From assembly GCA_024672315.1 (NCBI GenBank), contig GCA_024672315.1_4714.1: 64,000 nucleotides of DNA. One strand, written 5' to 3'. Both the position numbers and the translations under genes were made by a program. This stretch comes from a phage. This document shows, piece by piece, positions 40,690 through 51,170 of the stretch (its first letter is position 1; each line of letters starts with the position of its first letter). The notes beneath the pieces are model-generated. The model was not told the origin of the DNA. It saw only the letters and a program-made list of their open reading frames with translations, and searched no databases.

Positions 40690-43476
40690 TTATCTTACGT
40701 TATTGCTATTCTGCTGTTCGCTGAACCAACCGTACACCTTGAGATCGGTACCGTATTTCAATGCGATATACGCATTCAATGCAGCACAGAACAAAGACAC
40801 GAATGCCCATATCAGCGAAGGATCAACATCTTCCGTTACCACCGGGAGAGTATTATCCGGTTCCCACGATGGAGAACTGTCCATGAACGTCGTGTACCAT
40901 TCCCGCCGTTGTTCTTCAGTGGTAAAGTCGCTATGAGGTTCCAACGCTTCTTTTGCCAGACGTCGATATTCGAACACATACGTTGCGAAAGCCGATGAGT
41001 TACCAGATTCGCCTTCATAGTTCGGATCCACCGCACAACAGAGTTCTGTGGAATCTAACAAAGCAATCGCTTGTGTGATGCTGTCGGCAGTGCCTGCACC
41101 ATAGAGCTCGATAGACCGCGAAAGCTTTTCACAGAACGTATTTAACGCGGCAGGATTGGACACCTGAAGGTCAAGGCCTAATGTCCACGGATAGTTACTG
41201 AACACGCCCGTAAACCGCGGCAGGACACCCAACAGATGTTGTCCGATTACAGCACGGTTATAAACAGCCCGGTTATAGACTTGAAACGCAGCCTCCAAGG
41301 CTTGGTTATAATGACGACGAAGTTCGTCACGCGAGTTGCGGAATCTGTTTGCCGCAAGACTCGTGGCTGCGACGCTACAAACATCGTAATTGGTGGACGA
41401 GAGCACAGTTTCGTTAAGATCGAACGATTCCTGTTTCAACGATCCGCTAACCGCTGCTGCTTCGCTGTTTGCTTTATCGACAACTGTACTCAAAGCGTTG
41501 ATGTAACGCTTAGCCCGGACTTCCAGCCATTGTGCGATACCGAGAACATCCACAGCGGCTTTAGCAAGGTCACGTGCGTTCACGATTTCGTTCTTCAATG
41601 CCCCTAAACCTTTATTCTCAGGCGAAGAGGCTTGTTGACGAATCATGCTGTTCAACATGGTAAGCAGATTATCCAACTCATGTCCACTGACCTTGTTACG
41701 TGCATCGGTAACTGGTCCTTGCAGGAATTTACGACAACCATCGTTGTATCGAATCAGTTTGTCCACATCGATAGATTCGTTCGTGGATTCCTTGAACTGA
41801 TCCTTCAATTCTTCACGGTAGTCATGGATTTCACTTGCGAGATTATCGATAGTGATACCATCGTGTCCAAGAAGAACTTTATTGAAGTTACCTTTCTCGA
41901 ATGCAAGAGCAAGACCTTCACGAATCTTAGCGAGTTTATCCTGATCGAGTTCGCGACCGTTCGATAGCTCTTTCACTTCCGAGCTGATTAGTGCCGCAAC
42001 GTTACCCAGATTGTCGGTAACGCCTTTGAATGTTCCCGACCAGATCGTTCCTGCTTCAGCATATTTCGCAATGGTCTGAATACCGACGGTGTGCAGCGAC
42101 GCTAAACGTTTCTTCGTGCCTTCGGTAAGCAGAGCGTCTTTAGCTCGCGTAAGCTGGCTGTTATTCGCTTCCGCCTGCTGAATCGCCGCTTTCGCACTTC
42201 CATTACGCCAGCTCTTAACCAGCCAATCGACCAAACGTTTTAGGATGTTGACGGTGTATTCCATCGTCCGCCGTAACGTTTCCCACGCGCTTTCTGCGGT
42301 ATAGATGCCGTACCCTTCCTGCACGAGATCGGTACGTGTGTATCCGTCGGCCGCTTCGATTTCTTCTTGCGTTTTATCCCAAAGCTCTTCGCTACGAACA
42401 GCAGTAGCGGTTTCAGATACCGACATAACAAGCTCAGCAACAGCTTCAGCGTAAGTCAGTACGGTACGCACACATTGCACTAACATGCGCTGGTAAACGA
42501 TACGTGCGTTTTGCAGACGTGCGATAACCGCTAAATAACCGATGTTATCAAGATTTTCATCGGTTTGAGCAGATTCAACGCGTTCTAACAGTTGTTTAAC
42601 TAGCGCCGCTGTTTCTGGGTAATCGTTCACGACGTCACGCATGATTCGTGATGCGAAAACCGCAGTACCTAAAACGGTGAGAAGTGTTTTACCGTCCCAT
42701 TCTTTCGGTGCCGCTACCGATTCAGCAGGGATGAGATTTCCCGCTTGGTCGAAGTACGGCATAAGGACATTGATATCAGTCGACGGAACAGCAGTAATTG
42801 CGTTGTACTCTTCATCCACGCCATCGTTGCCAGACGGTTGTAATGCGAGCGCTTGTTCGAGGATTTTGCGGTCAACAGCGTAAAGCGCCGACAGAGCCTG
42901 TGTTACCGCAACCAGATCAACGATCGGCGACCAGAGCTGTGCGAGCTTACCTTCGTATTTCTGTACAGCGATAGCAAGGTCTTCTTTTACGTCTGGATGA
43001 TCGATCAAACCACCCAATGTTTCATGGATGGCAGAAAAACGTTCAGAATGCGCTTGAGTCAATGCGGTAAAATCGTCAACGTACGACGCATTTTCTTCAA
43101 GACGCGTAAGTTCCTGCTCCAGAAGATCTTTTACTTGCGTGGCGGATGCGTTTCTCAACTGTTCCCCGATAATCGCGATGGCTTTATCGACAACACGGCA
43201 GGCTTCATTGAAACCGGTCGTTGAAGGTAACTCGGTCCATAATGCCAGCGGCTTACCTTCCATTGCGTCAGGAAGGGAATATGACAGCATTGCTAGTTGT
43301 TGACGTGATACCTGTTTGTCACGATGTAATGTTTCTTTCAACGCCAGAAGCTCATCAAGACCCACGCTGCTAGGGATCGTGGGATGTGATACGGCGTTGA
43401 TATTTCCTGTCAATGACTCAAGAACCAATAAACCATTTTCAGCGGAAGATAACCCTGCTTTAAGGTATTTGTTCAT
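40690..43476 (-). CDS. large hypothetical protein (928 aa) with C-terminal hydrophobic segment; possible head-protein family member
   Basis: Long ORF; GGAG RBS; helix motif similar to paralog family (AWETLRRTMEYTVNILKRLVDWLVKSW); hydrophobic segment LIWAFVSLFCAALNAYIAL near C-terminus. Confidence 0.8.
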   Translation of the reverse strand: MNKYLKAGLSSAENGLLVLESLTGNINAVSHPTIPSSVGLDELLALKETLHRDKQVSRQQLAMLSYSLPDAMEGKPLALWTELPSTTGFNEACRVVDKAIAIIGEQLRNASATQVKDLLEQELTRLEENASYVDDFTALTQAHSERFSAIHETLGGLIDHPDVKEDLAIAVQKYEGKLAQLWSPIVDLVAVTQALSALYAVDRKILEQALALQPSGNDGVDEEYNAITAVPSTDINVLMPYFDQAGNLIPAESVAAPKEWDGKTLLTVLGTAVFASRIMRDVVNDYPETAALVKQLLERVESAQTDENLDNIGYLAVIARLQNARIVYQRMLVQCVRTVLTYAEAVAELVMSVSETATAVRSEELWDKTQEEIEAADGYTRTDLVQEGYGIYTAESAWETLRRTMEYTVNILKRLVDWLVKSWRNGSAKAAIQQAEANNSQLTRAKDALLTEGTKKRLASLHTVGIQTIAKYAEAGTIWSGTFKGVTDNLGNVAALISSEVKELSNGRELDQDKLAKIREGLALAFEKGNFNKVLLGHDGITIDNLASEIHDYREELKDQFKESTNESIDVDKLIRYNDGCRKFLQGPVTDARNKVSGHELDNLLTMLNSMIRQQASSPENKGLGALKNEIVNARDLAKAAVDVLGIAQWLEVRAKRYINALSTVVDKANSEAAAVSGSLKQESFDLNETVLSSTNYDVCSVAATSLAANRFRNSRDELRRHYNQALEAAFQVYNRAVYNRAVIGQHLLGVLPRFTGVFSNYPWTLGLDLQVSNPAALNTFCEKLSRSIELYGAGTADSITQAIALLDSTELCCAVDPNYEGESGNSSAFATYVFEYRRLAKEALEPHSDFTTEEQRREWYTTFMDSSPSWEPDNTLPVVTEDVDPSLIWAFVSLFCAALNAYIALKYGTDLKVYGWFSEQQNSNNVR

Positions 43477-43491
43477 AAAACACTCCGTTGA

Positions 43492-43522
43492 CCTAGGTGG
43501 AGGCCAATAACCTCCACCTAGG
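43492..43522. terminator. 12-bp perfect palindrome with 7-nt loop (putative terminator or regulatory hairpin)
   Basis: CCTAGGTGGAGG-CCAATAA-CCTCCACCTAGG in the 80-nt gap between two large minus-strand genes, 16 nt upstream of the downstream start codon. Confidence 0.4.
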
Positions 43523-43557
43523 GTTGAACAACGCGTACGGTTATACGGTACGCACGA

Positions 43558-46350
43558 TTACGCTAATTTACCGAAACCGGCTTTCTGTAGTTTCTCGTTG
43601 ATCAGTTTTGCTTCAGCGAAAACATAATCACGATACGCAGTGACTAATCCATCCACCCGTGAACGCAAGGCTTCTTCGAAGCTATACCACGCAGCGATTT
43701 CACGAATCTGTGCGTTGATATAATCAACGGTTGAGCGAAGCTCGGTTGCGTTTTCTTGCGGGATGGCTTTCACCTGGCGAGCAACGTCATTTAAACGACG
43801 GAACTGTGTTTCGATTTCTTTAAACTTACTGTCGGCAAGTTTGCTGAATTCGTCACCGGAACGGGTAAATAACAGATAGCTGTTGCCGTCAAGTGCGGTT
43901 GCTAACTGCTGAAGTACGTTGGTGTCCGGATACACAGGAGTACCGCTTTGCAGTACTTTCTCACCGAATTCCGCGAAGTCCTTCGGCGGTAAGTGTGCAG
44001 ACGTTGTTAACTCGTTGAAACGGAAAGTCAGCGAATTATCATACAGCATCCGGTACGCTTCCATACCCTGTTTCATAGTACCGGCCAGGTTAGCCAGACG
44101 CGGAGCAATCTCGCCTTCTTTAGCGCGTTTCTGGTCTTCTAACGCCCCTTCGAGTTCTTTACACTGGTCGTTCAGATACACGATACGATCGGGACGCAGA
44201 CGACGCATCTCACGAAGAATAGTATCCAGCTTACCTTCCTGGAAATAACCTAACGTTAATGACGTACACGCTTGCTGAAGACGATCGAACACCGGTAAGG
44301 TCACCATCTCCTTACGGATACCATCAACAATCGCAGAAACAGCCGAAAGTTTCTGTTCGGTGGTTAATGGAACGTCAGAGACCGACTTGCTGGGCGCACC
44401 AACAACGTTACGCATTGCGTCGGTATCCTCGGTTTTATCAACCTCTTTACGAACATGCTCATCAGGAACATAAACGTTCGCGTTACGTTTCGCCTGCTTG
44501 ATGGCGTCGTTGGCCGCTTTTTCGGTGGCTGCTACGCTATCAGCACGTTTCTTCAAGAGTTCAATAATCCAGAGCAACAGACGACGAATCGCAGTATAGG
44601 CCGTCGTGATGATGACACCGATAACAGCCATCTTCATGATACCGAACGATTCCATGGTCGGCTCTAATGCCTGGTCTGGCATATACCGTTCACGCAGTTC
44701 CAGATAGATCTGCTCATCTGGTTTGCTGATCTCACCACGATGCGAAGTCCGATAGATGGCTTCGTCAATCTCAACAAGATCTTTGCGTGCCTGACGATCG
44801 GATTCTGTTAAGTAAGCACAACCGGATACATCATCTTCGAAGCTTAAGAATTTGAAGAAGTCGCTGACATCGATCTTGATCTTCTTCGTTTCATTGTCAA
44901 CGTTAATGAAATCCGTTTTACGAGACTGCTGTTGAATCTTAATATCCTTTATCGGTTTAAGCGCTTTGTCTTTTAATGCCTGCATGATCTGTTTCCAGCT
45001 GGCATCGCGTTCAAGAACAAGGAAATAGTTCTTGAGTTCGAATGCGCGATAGCGGGCAACAAGTTGTTCTACCTGGACATGAGCGAGTTGTACGTCCATC
45101 AGCCAACGCGACAGCGCAGAAACCAAACGGCTATACGCAAGCAGCGTCTGGTACGTCAGCTTCATGTGTTTCTCGTAGAGCTCGATGTCTCCGCCCTGGA
45201 TGTCGGCTGTCGGGTTCATTTCCTTCGTTGCTTTGAAGACTTGTTCGGCTTCATTCAGCATCTGCTCGAACTTGACTTCATTGAACGCGTTGAATGGTTC
45301 GGCCAGTTCGTTCATCCGATCGTGCAGTTCGCGAACCCAAGCTTCTTTGTGATTACGAATGACCGCATCAGCGTGGAGTTCGGTTTGATGTTTCTGTACC
45401 CATTCTTCAATGATATCCGCAGCTGCAACAACGCCCGTGTTGTCAGAAATCAATGGAATGACGTTAGAGAGCGTACCCGCACATGCTGGTGTTTTCCAAT
45501 GATCGTTAAGCGTGTTGCGGAACGTAATGATGTCCGTCATAGACGTAGTGATATCGAGGAACGTGTTACCGTTACGACTCATGCTTGTGATGTTTGTGGC
45601 AAACGTCTTTTGTTGTTCTACAACGAATGGAATCAACGCCATCAACCAATCAGCAATACATTTTGCTTTTTCTTTCAGGTTTTTGTCGGCGATTTCTTTG
45701 AGATTAATTGCGCCGCCGTAACCTGCAAGTTCGTTATACACATCGTTCAAGGTCATCTGCGCGTCAAGCATTTCTTTGAAACGCGGATAATCTTCCCCTA
45801 ACGCATCGATGATATCCTGGATAACGTCGTCGGTTGTAGCGATAAATTTCTTCGTGTCGACTTTAGATTTCCAGATTATTTTCACCGCTTCTTTCATAAC
45901 GGTGAACATGATCTGCCAAATACGCTTAATAAGTTCCCAGACTTTCTTCGCACCATCGACAAACAGTTTAGAGACCTTGGCAACGAATCCTTCCTGCACC
46001 AATTCAACGCCGTTACGTGATGGGATTTCCGTGAAGAAAGCATCCGGCAGTTGTTTCGGGAATGCGTCACCAAGACGCATACGTAGTTCCGGTACATCAG
46101 CACGAGAAATACCGCGTGTTACTAATTGTTCGTGAAGACGAACGTTTTCTTCACCGGCAGCCACGAATTCGTCAACATCGAAGGAGACCATTGTTTCCTG
46201 ATCTTCGGTGGTAACGACGCTTGAACCATCGCTGGTCTGGATGTCCTCGTCAGGGAACGCCATGAGCATACCGTGACGCATTTCAACCACTCCGTAATCG
46301 GTTGCTAAACCGAATTCGTTGTGATCGGGGGTAATAACTGGAATACTCAT
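43558..46350 (-). CDS. large hypothetical protein (930 aa) with paralog-family N-terminal region and internal hydrophobic segment
   Basis: AAGGAG RBS 7 nt upstream of ATG; N-terminal region alignable by eye with the 28-34 kb paralogs (AKKVWELIKRIWQIMFTVMKEAVKIIW); hydrophobic stretch MKMAVIGVIITTAYTAIRRLLLWIIELL. Confidence 0.8.
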   Translation of the reverse strand: MSIPVITPDHNEFGLATDYGVVEMRHGMLMAFPDEDIQTSDGSSVVTTEDQETMVSFDVDEFVAAGEENVRLHEQLVTRGISRADVPELRMRLGDAFPKQLPDAFFTEIPSRNGVELVQEGFVAKVSKLFVDGAKKVWELIKRIWQIMFTVMKEAVKIIWKSKVDTKKFIATTDDVIQDIIDALGEDYPRFKEMLDAQMTLNDVYNELAGYGGAINLKEIADKNLKEKAKCIADWLMALIPFVVEQQKTFATNITSMSRNGNTFLDITTSMTDIITFRNTLNDHWKTPACAGTLSNVIPLISDNTGVVAAADIIEEWVQKHQTELHADAVIRNHKEAWVRELHDRMNELAEPFNAFNEVKFEQMLNEAEQVFKATKEMNPTADIQGGDIELYEKHMKLTYQTLLAYSRLVSALSRWLMDVQLAHVQVEQLVARYRAFELKNYFLVLERDASWKQIMQALKDKALKPIKDIKIQQQSRKTDFINVDNETKKIKIDVSDFFKFLSFEDDVSGCAYLTESDRQARKDLVEIDEAIYRTSHRGEISKPDEQIYLELRERYMPDQALEPTMESFGIMKMAVIGVIITTAYTAIRRLLLWIIELLKKRADSVAATEKAANDAIKQAKRNANVYVPDEHVRKEVDKTEDTDAMRNVVGAPSKSVSDVPLTTEQKLSAVSAIVDGIRKEMVTLPVFDRLQQACTSLTLGYFQEGKLDTILREMRRLRPDRIVYLNDQCKELEGALEDQKRAKEGEIAPRLANLAGTMKQGMEAYRMLYDNSLTFRFNELTTSAHLPPKDFAEFGEKVLQSGTPVYPDTNVLQQLATALDGNSYLLFTRSGDEFSKLADSKFKEIETQFRRLNDVARQVKAIPQENATELRSTVDYINAQIREIAAWYSFEEALRSRVDGLVTAYRDYVFAEAKLINEKLQKAGFGKLA

Positions 46351-46787
46351 GCATTCTCTCCTTGCAGTGCGTTAGCGAAAGCTGTTGCAAGTTGTGCAAC
46401 CAGTTTCGGATCGACGCCTTCGATAACGTCAGGAAGCCCTGCGGTTTCTTGGTCACGAACAGCAGCTGCTAATAACAGCATGGTTTCAGGTGCGGTCGGC
46501 TCATGCACCATGCGGTAACGCAGGCACCAGAAGTAGCGAGCAACGTCTAACGCATCAGCCAGCCCAATAACCAGTACCTTGTTCAGCTTATCCAACCCTT
46601 CACGGATTTTAGGGAGATGCTCGCGAACGAAAATGCTATCTGCGGTCAGATCTTCTTTTTCAGCGAATACCGGCATGCTGTAACCAGCAATGTAACCTGC
46701 GGCAATACTTAATGCGCGGGTCTGTTGTTCGGCCGGGAAATCACGAACCAGGTCTTTCAGCTGAACGGCGAAATCAGAAATATTCAT
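46347..46787 (-). CDS. hypothetical protein (146 aa)
   Basis: AAAGGA RBS; overlaps downstream gene start by 4 nt. Confidence 0.65.
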   Translation of the reverse strand: MNISDFAVQLKDLVRDFPAEQQTRALSIAAGYIAGYSMPVFAEKEDLTADSIFVREHLPKIREGLDKLNKVLVIGLADALDVARYFWCLRYRMVHEPTAPETMLLLAAAVRDQETAGLPDVIEGVDPKLVAQLATAFANALQGENA

Positions 46788-46819
46788 GTTAAATTCCTTT
46801 ATAGTAAAAATAGAAGAGA

Positions 46820-48130
46820 TTAGGCGATAATGGAATCAAGAGTCGCTGCGGTTTTGAACAGATCGCTGTTCATTGTAGAAGAAAGGGCTTGCTGAATTTC
46901 TTCCTGTTTAACCGCCTTACGAACCCCAGGACGAAGGGCGATAGTCACCATTTGCATGAACGTACGGTTGTTGTTCATTTCTTTCAGTGTATCATCGATT
47001 GTTTTAATCGTGTCTAGCGTAGTTGAACGGATATCGTTAGGGAGATCGCGATCTTTCAGGCGTATAATCAGATCCTGTTTGATCTTACGGAATCGTTCCA
47101 TATCGTTATCGTAAATGTTGTATGTTGGATCTAACCAAACTGCAAGCGCCATAGCGGCAACAAATATTGCCATACCGAGAATATTAACCGAGGTGAAACT
47201 GATTGCAATCAGAATAGCCACGGCGGCATCTTTAATGAAGGAGAGCCAGAACATCGTTTTGGACTTCATGGAGTCTTTGCTATAAAGCCGATACATTTTA
47301 GCAAGCCCGCTAACGAGATACTCCCCACCACCATGACGCGTAGCGAACTGATCAGCCATGAATTCGGAAGCAACGTCGGTATATCGTCCAGCGTTATTTA
47401 CATTTCGTAATTGCATCGCTTTGTTAGATACGTAAACCGTGTACCAGACACTACCATCGTCTGAATCACTGATTTTATTTACGTCGACGTTGGTATCCAG
47501 CGTTTTGTTTAACGCTTTAGCCAGTTCGATACGTTTTACCTTATCGGTTGTCCCCAACAGTTCACGCTGCACGGTCATGATTGAGGCTTCGACACGAACC
47601 GTTTCCGACAATGTTTCGAGGAAAGTAAATGCGTGCCCGATTTCATGCAGCATTATGGCTGCTTTTTCTTCCGGAAGAAAGGGTTCTGTCGCTGTTAGCA
47701 GTTCATACGTGATGGCAGAACGAATCTTCAACTCTTCAAAGATACCGTAAACACGACCTTTTTCTAAATCGACGTAACCGACAGGCACATCTTTAATCTT
47801 CTTAAGGAGTGCGACACCATCAGCACCGCGCATCCATAACCGATGATAGTCTGCCAGGATCGTGTTGTTTGTCGAAATATCCGGCGGGTACACGTAGGCA
47901 TTCATCTGGCCCATTTTCACGTCGACCGAGAATTCGATGTTCAACCCCGTATAGCGTTTAACCATCTCGGTTAAATGTCCGTCCTTGAAAACGTTTAAAA
48001 CATCTTTTTTATCCAGTCCCTGTTTGCTTCTGAAGAACTCGGTCATTTCCTTGAACAAGGAACCATCCTGAAACTTGATGGCCTCCATCGTTAATTCGTC
48101 ATGACCATACACGCGTTGTAGTAATGACAT
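46820..48130 (-). CDS. membrane-associated M48-like zinc metallopeptidase (436 aa)
   Basis: HEXXH motif (MLHEIGHAF) followed about 80 aa later by an E-x-x-A-D motif (SEFMADQFA), the zinc-ligand arrangement of HtpX/Ste24-type M48 peptidases (from memory); long hydrophobic segment FWLSFIKDAAVAILIAISFTSVNILGMAIFVAAMALAVWL downstream. Confidence 0.6.
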   Translation of the reverse strand: MSLLQRVYGHDELTMEAIKFQDGSLFKEMTEFFRSKQGLDKKDVLNVFKDGHLTEMVKRYTGLNIEFSVDVKMGQMNAYVYPPDISTNNTILADYHRLWMRGADGVALLKKIKDVPVGYVDLEKGRVYGIFEELKIRSAITYELLTATEPFLPEEKAAIMLHEIGHAFTFLETLSETVRVEASIMTVQRELLGTTDKVKRIELAKALNKTLDTNVDVNKISDSDDGSVWYTVYVSNKAMQLRNVNNAGRYTDVASEFMADQFATRHGGGEYLVSGLAKMYRLYSKDSMKSKTMFWLSFIKDAAVAILIAISFTSVNILGMAIFVAAMALAVWLDPTYNIYDNDMERFRKIKQDLIIRLKDRDLPNDIRSTTLDTIKTIDDTLKEMNNNRTFMQMVTIALRPGVRKAVKQEEIQQALSSTMNSDLFKTAATLDSIIA

Positions 48131-48351
48131 TGTACACTCTCTAAATTTACGTAAATTTAAGGGCTAATGGATCGGCTGGCCGCACCAATCACAATGTGTC
48201 CGCTGCTATGCAACGGCATTCATAGAAATACCTTTTGACGGTAACATCACCGTTCATACCCCAAGCAATAAGAGTGGTCGGTTAAAAACAACAGAACGTG
48301 GGGATGATATAGAAAATCACCTTTTAACACTTATTACGAGTTTATCAAGCC

Positions 48352-49851
48352 ATGAGCGAACAAGAACGAAAACCTAAGAAGAAACTGCTCGGTATTCAAT
48401 GTCGACACATCAGTTATAACGAAGCGAACGATGGCAGCAAGAACGACCTCATGATCGCAAAAGAGATCATGTTCTTTGATGATAACACACAAGCGACGAA
48501 TCTTCGCTTCTTCGAGAATTACAAACGTCCGTTTTGGGTGACGGTAGAGAGTAAACGCAAGAACAAATATAAAAAGGAAAGCGAGAAGCTCTCGCACGTG
48601 CGTCGCTACGATGTCCGTCAAAGTGAACTGGTTGAAAAGATCAGTTCGGTGCTTTATAAAAGACGTGCTGATGATAACACCCGTCTACAGCAGCTTGCAC
48701 GGAGTCCATACCTCTATGGCACGGACGTTAGCGCCAGCTGTTATTTAAAAACTCAGTACAACACAAAATGGCCGGAATACGTCGATAAATTACCCGCTTC
48801 CATTGCCTGTTTCGATATCGAAACCGACGTTGTCCATGGACACGGTAAGATCGTCTGTATGTCTATTACAATGGGATACAATGCGATACTTTGCTATACC
48901 AAGGACTTCGTTGGTCATATTCCGAATGCCATTGAGAAAACCCATGAGAAGATTCGATATTACCTGGCCGAACGTCTGAACACCAAAGAAGATCCTCACG
49001 CGTTCGAAAAATATCAGTACGATGTGCGAATCGTAGAAAGTCCGGCACAAGCGGTCATCCAATGCATGCAGAAGGTTCACGAATGGCAGCCGGATTATCT
49101 CCTTGGCTGGAATATCGCGTTCGATATTCCGCGCATGCTCCAGGCACTGAACGAAGAAGGGTATCGTCCCGAGGATGTTTTCTCCGATCCTCGTGTACCA
49201 CCTAAATATCGCATTGCTCGCTGGGTACCACCGAAGACCGACAAGGTATCTGCTTCAGGGCGTAAAACCAACCTTACCCTTGAGCAAACCTGGCCGATGT
49301 TTTATACGATGGCTACGTATCAGGTTATGGATGCGATGTGTGGTTATAAGTTCGTTCGTTTAGGAAGACCGGATGAGGGACGCTATTCACTCGATGCGGT
49401 ATTAGAGCGAAATAAATGCCATACGAAATTAAAAGCAATTCCTGGTACAGAAGGGTTCACGGAGCTCGCCTGGCACGAAGAGATGCAAACGAACCATCAA
49501 ATCGACTACGGCGTATATAACCTTTGGGATAACCAGGGTATCGAGGCGTTGGACCAGAAAACAAAAGACTATTCGATGACCATCCCTATTCGTTTAGCGG
49601 CGTCGGATTTGAAAGATTTCAGTTCTAACCCTAAACGTATCTGCGATAAACTTTTCTTCGTTTATCTTAACCGTGGGGAAGTCATGGGATGCACCGCCGA
49701 CGACATGACCCAGGAAGAAGATAAGTGGGTTATCTCACGAACCGGACATATCGTCACATTGCCGTGCGATCTCATGGCGGACAACGGCATCCATCTCTTC
49801 TGGGATATGCCTAATTTAAGGAGCTATATTCGATTATTTGTTGCGGATTAA
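48352..49851 (+). CDS. family-B DNA polymerase N-terminal/3'-5' exonuclease domain protein (499 aa, no polymerase domain)
   Basis: Exo I-like motif CFDIETD, Exo II-like GWNIAFDIP and an Exo III-like Y-x3-D (YGVYNLWD) in canonical order and spacing; no polymerase A/B/C motifs before the stop; no clear SD upstream of ATG. Confidence 0.6.
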   Translation: MSEQERKPKKKLLGIQCRHISYNEANDGSKNDLMIAKEIMFFDDNTQATNLRFFENYKRPFWVTVESKRKNKYKKESEKLSHVRRYDVRQSELVEKISSVLYKRRADDNTRLQQLARSPYLYGTDVSASCYLKTQYNTKWPEYVDKLPASIACFDIETDVVHGHGKIVCMSITMGYNAILCYTKDFVGHIPNAIEKTHEKIRYYLAERLNTKEDPHAFEKYQYDVRIVESPAQAVIQCMQKVHEWQPDYLLGWNIAFDIPRMLQALNEEGYRPEDVFSDPRVPPKYRIARWVPPKTDKVSASGRKTNLTLEQTWPMFYTMATYQVMDAMCGYKFVRLGRPDEGRYSLDAVLERNKCHTKLKAIPGTEGFTELAWHEEMQTNHQIDYGVYNLWDNQGIEALDQKTKDYSMTIPIRLAASDLKDFSSNPKRICDKLFFVYLNRGEVMGCTADDMTQEEDKWVISRTGHIVTLPCDLMADNGIHLFWDMPNLRSYIRLFVAD

Positions 49852-49940
49852 CCTTCGTTCTGTAAAAGTTTACTTCATGTAAGAATTGTGTGCGGCATAA
49901 GAGAGGCCGATACATCTAGATATTACATGAGGTTTACGAG

Positions 49941-51131
49941 ATGGAAAAATCTATACATACTCAAACTGGAACTATTGACTATCGCGATTCAGCATATTTG
50001 CCGTACACAAATCATCGTTATCGTATATTTGAAGATGGCGAGTTGTACGACTATAAAGAAGATAGGGTCGTCCCTTACGAAGTTGTAGACGGTGTCCCTT
50101 ATGTTGAAATCGATTGGTATAGAGGCATTGGAAAATACGATCTCGGTATGATCATTCTCACCGTTCTTGAACGGGTTGCTTTACCAGATCACCTTTACGA
50201 TGAAATTGAATCGTTGTTTGTGGACGGAGATCCGACTAACTTTTCGTATAGCAATCACATCTACCGTTTCCGTAATGGGCCGTTAGAAGTTGAGGGATTC
50301 GAAGGTTATTGTTATATTCCGTTTGCATCTCGTTACGCGATAAATAAAGAAGGACATTGTATTAGTCTTCTTTCGTTGGATCCTATCACGTGGACGAAAA
50401 CGGTTCAGCAAGGCACACGTCTTGGCGGATACGCTTATCGTAAAGTGGTTCCTGATAGCGGGTTTACACCGCAGTTGTATCGTCACCGAGCTATCATGTT
50501 AGCGTTTACGAGATATGATGCTAACGTTGTGAACTTAACCGTAAATCATAAAAACGGAATTAAAGGTGACGATTGGTTTGACAACCTCGAATGGGCGACA
50601 TATGCCGAGAACAATCAACATGCTCGTATGGCAGGGTTGTGTATAGGTACGTCAAAACCTGTTTTGGTTTATGATTACCGTGCACGAATCGAACGTCGTT
50701 TTAATAGTATCGCAGAAGCGGAACGTGCTTATCCGTACGTACCGAAAGGACGTTTCAAATGGTGGGTAAACAATCCCCCGAAACGTATCCCAGAATGCGA
50801 TTTATACATCAAGTTTGCCACGGACAATACGCCTTGGCCAGAGTGGAAACTTGGAGAAGATCGTCGTGTCGAGGACACCGATGGTCGCGGTATTCTCGCT
50901 ATTAATAAAGAGACGAACGAACGACATGTGTTTCCATCAGTAACTGCTGCCGCAAATGCGTTAGGAATCTCCTGGATTACCGTAAGACGTCATTGCGATC
51001 GTCGTGCAGTACCTACGAAACAGCCTTGGTGTTTTCGTTATGCTGATGATATTGCCGCTATGCCCGATTTCGATGTTAGTAAATTAGTTCCTAAGAAGAA
51101 GCGTGTATTTAATGTTCCATTAGAACGATAA
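49941..51131 (+). CDS. HNH homing endonuclease (396 aa)
   Basis: HNH signature NHKNGIKGDDWFDNLEWATYAENNQHA (H-N-G ... N-L-E-W ... E-N-N-x-H pattern of HNH_3-type homing endonucleases); GAGG RBS; lies immediately upstream of group I intron core elements. Confidence 0.7.
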   Translation: MEKSIHTQTGTIDYRDSAYLPYTNHRYRIFEDGELYDYKEDRVVPYEVVDGVPYVEIDWYRGIGKYDLGMIILTVLERVALPDHLYDEIESLFVDGDPTNFSYSNHIYRFRNGPLEVEGFEGYCYIPFASRYAINKEGHCISLLSLDPITWTKTVQQGTRLGGYAYRKVVPDSGFTPQLYRHRAIMLAFTRYDANVVNLTVNHKNGIKGDDWFDNLEWATYAENNQHARMAGLCIGTSKPVLVYDYRARIERRFNSIAEAERAYPYVPKGRFKWWVNNPPKRIPECDLYIKFATDNTPWPEWKLGEDRRVEDTDGRGILAINKETNERHVFPSVTAAANALGISWITVRRHCDRRAVPTKQPWCFRYADDIAAMPDFDVSKLVPKKKRVFNVPLER

Positions 51132-51170
51132 CAGGTCCCCCTACTTGTAATGAGTGGGTGAACTCTCTTT

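Noticed and set aside
41270-41300. Short internal duplication (VYNRAVYNRAV) in the 928-aa gene
   Set aside because: A single 12-nt near-duplicate within coding sequence, most likely a small in-frame duplication with no further repeat structure.
5319-45801. Other long ORFs antisense to large genes (5319-6158, 6471-7202, 25212-25691, 26120-26992, 33244-33771, 45064-45801)
   Set aside because: Each lies entirely within and opposite a longer, better-supported gene with an RBS and operon context; compositions are not protein-like.
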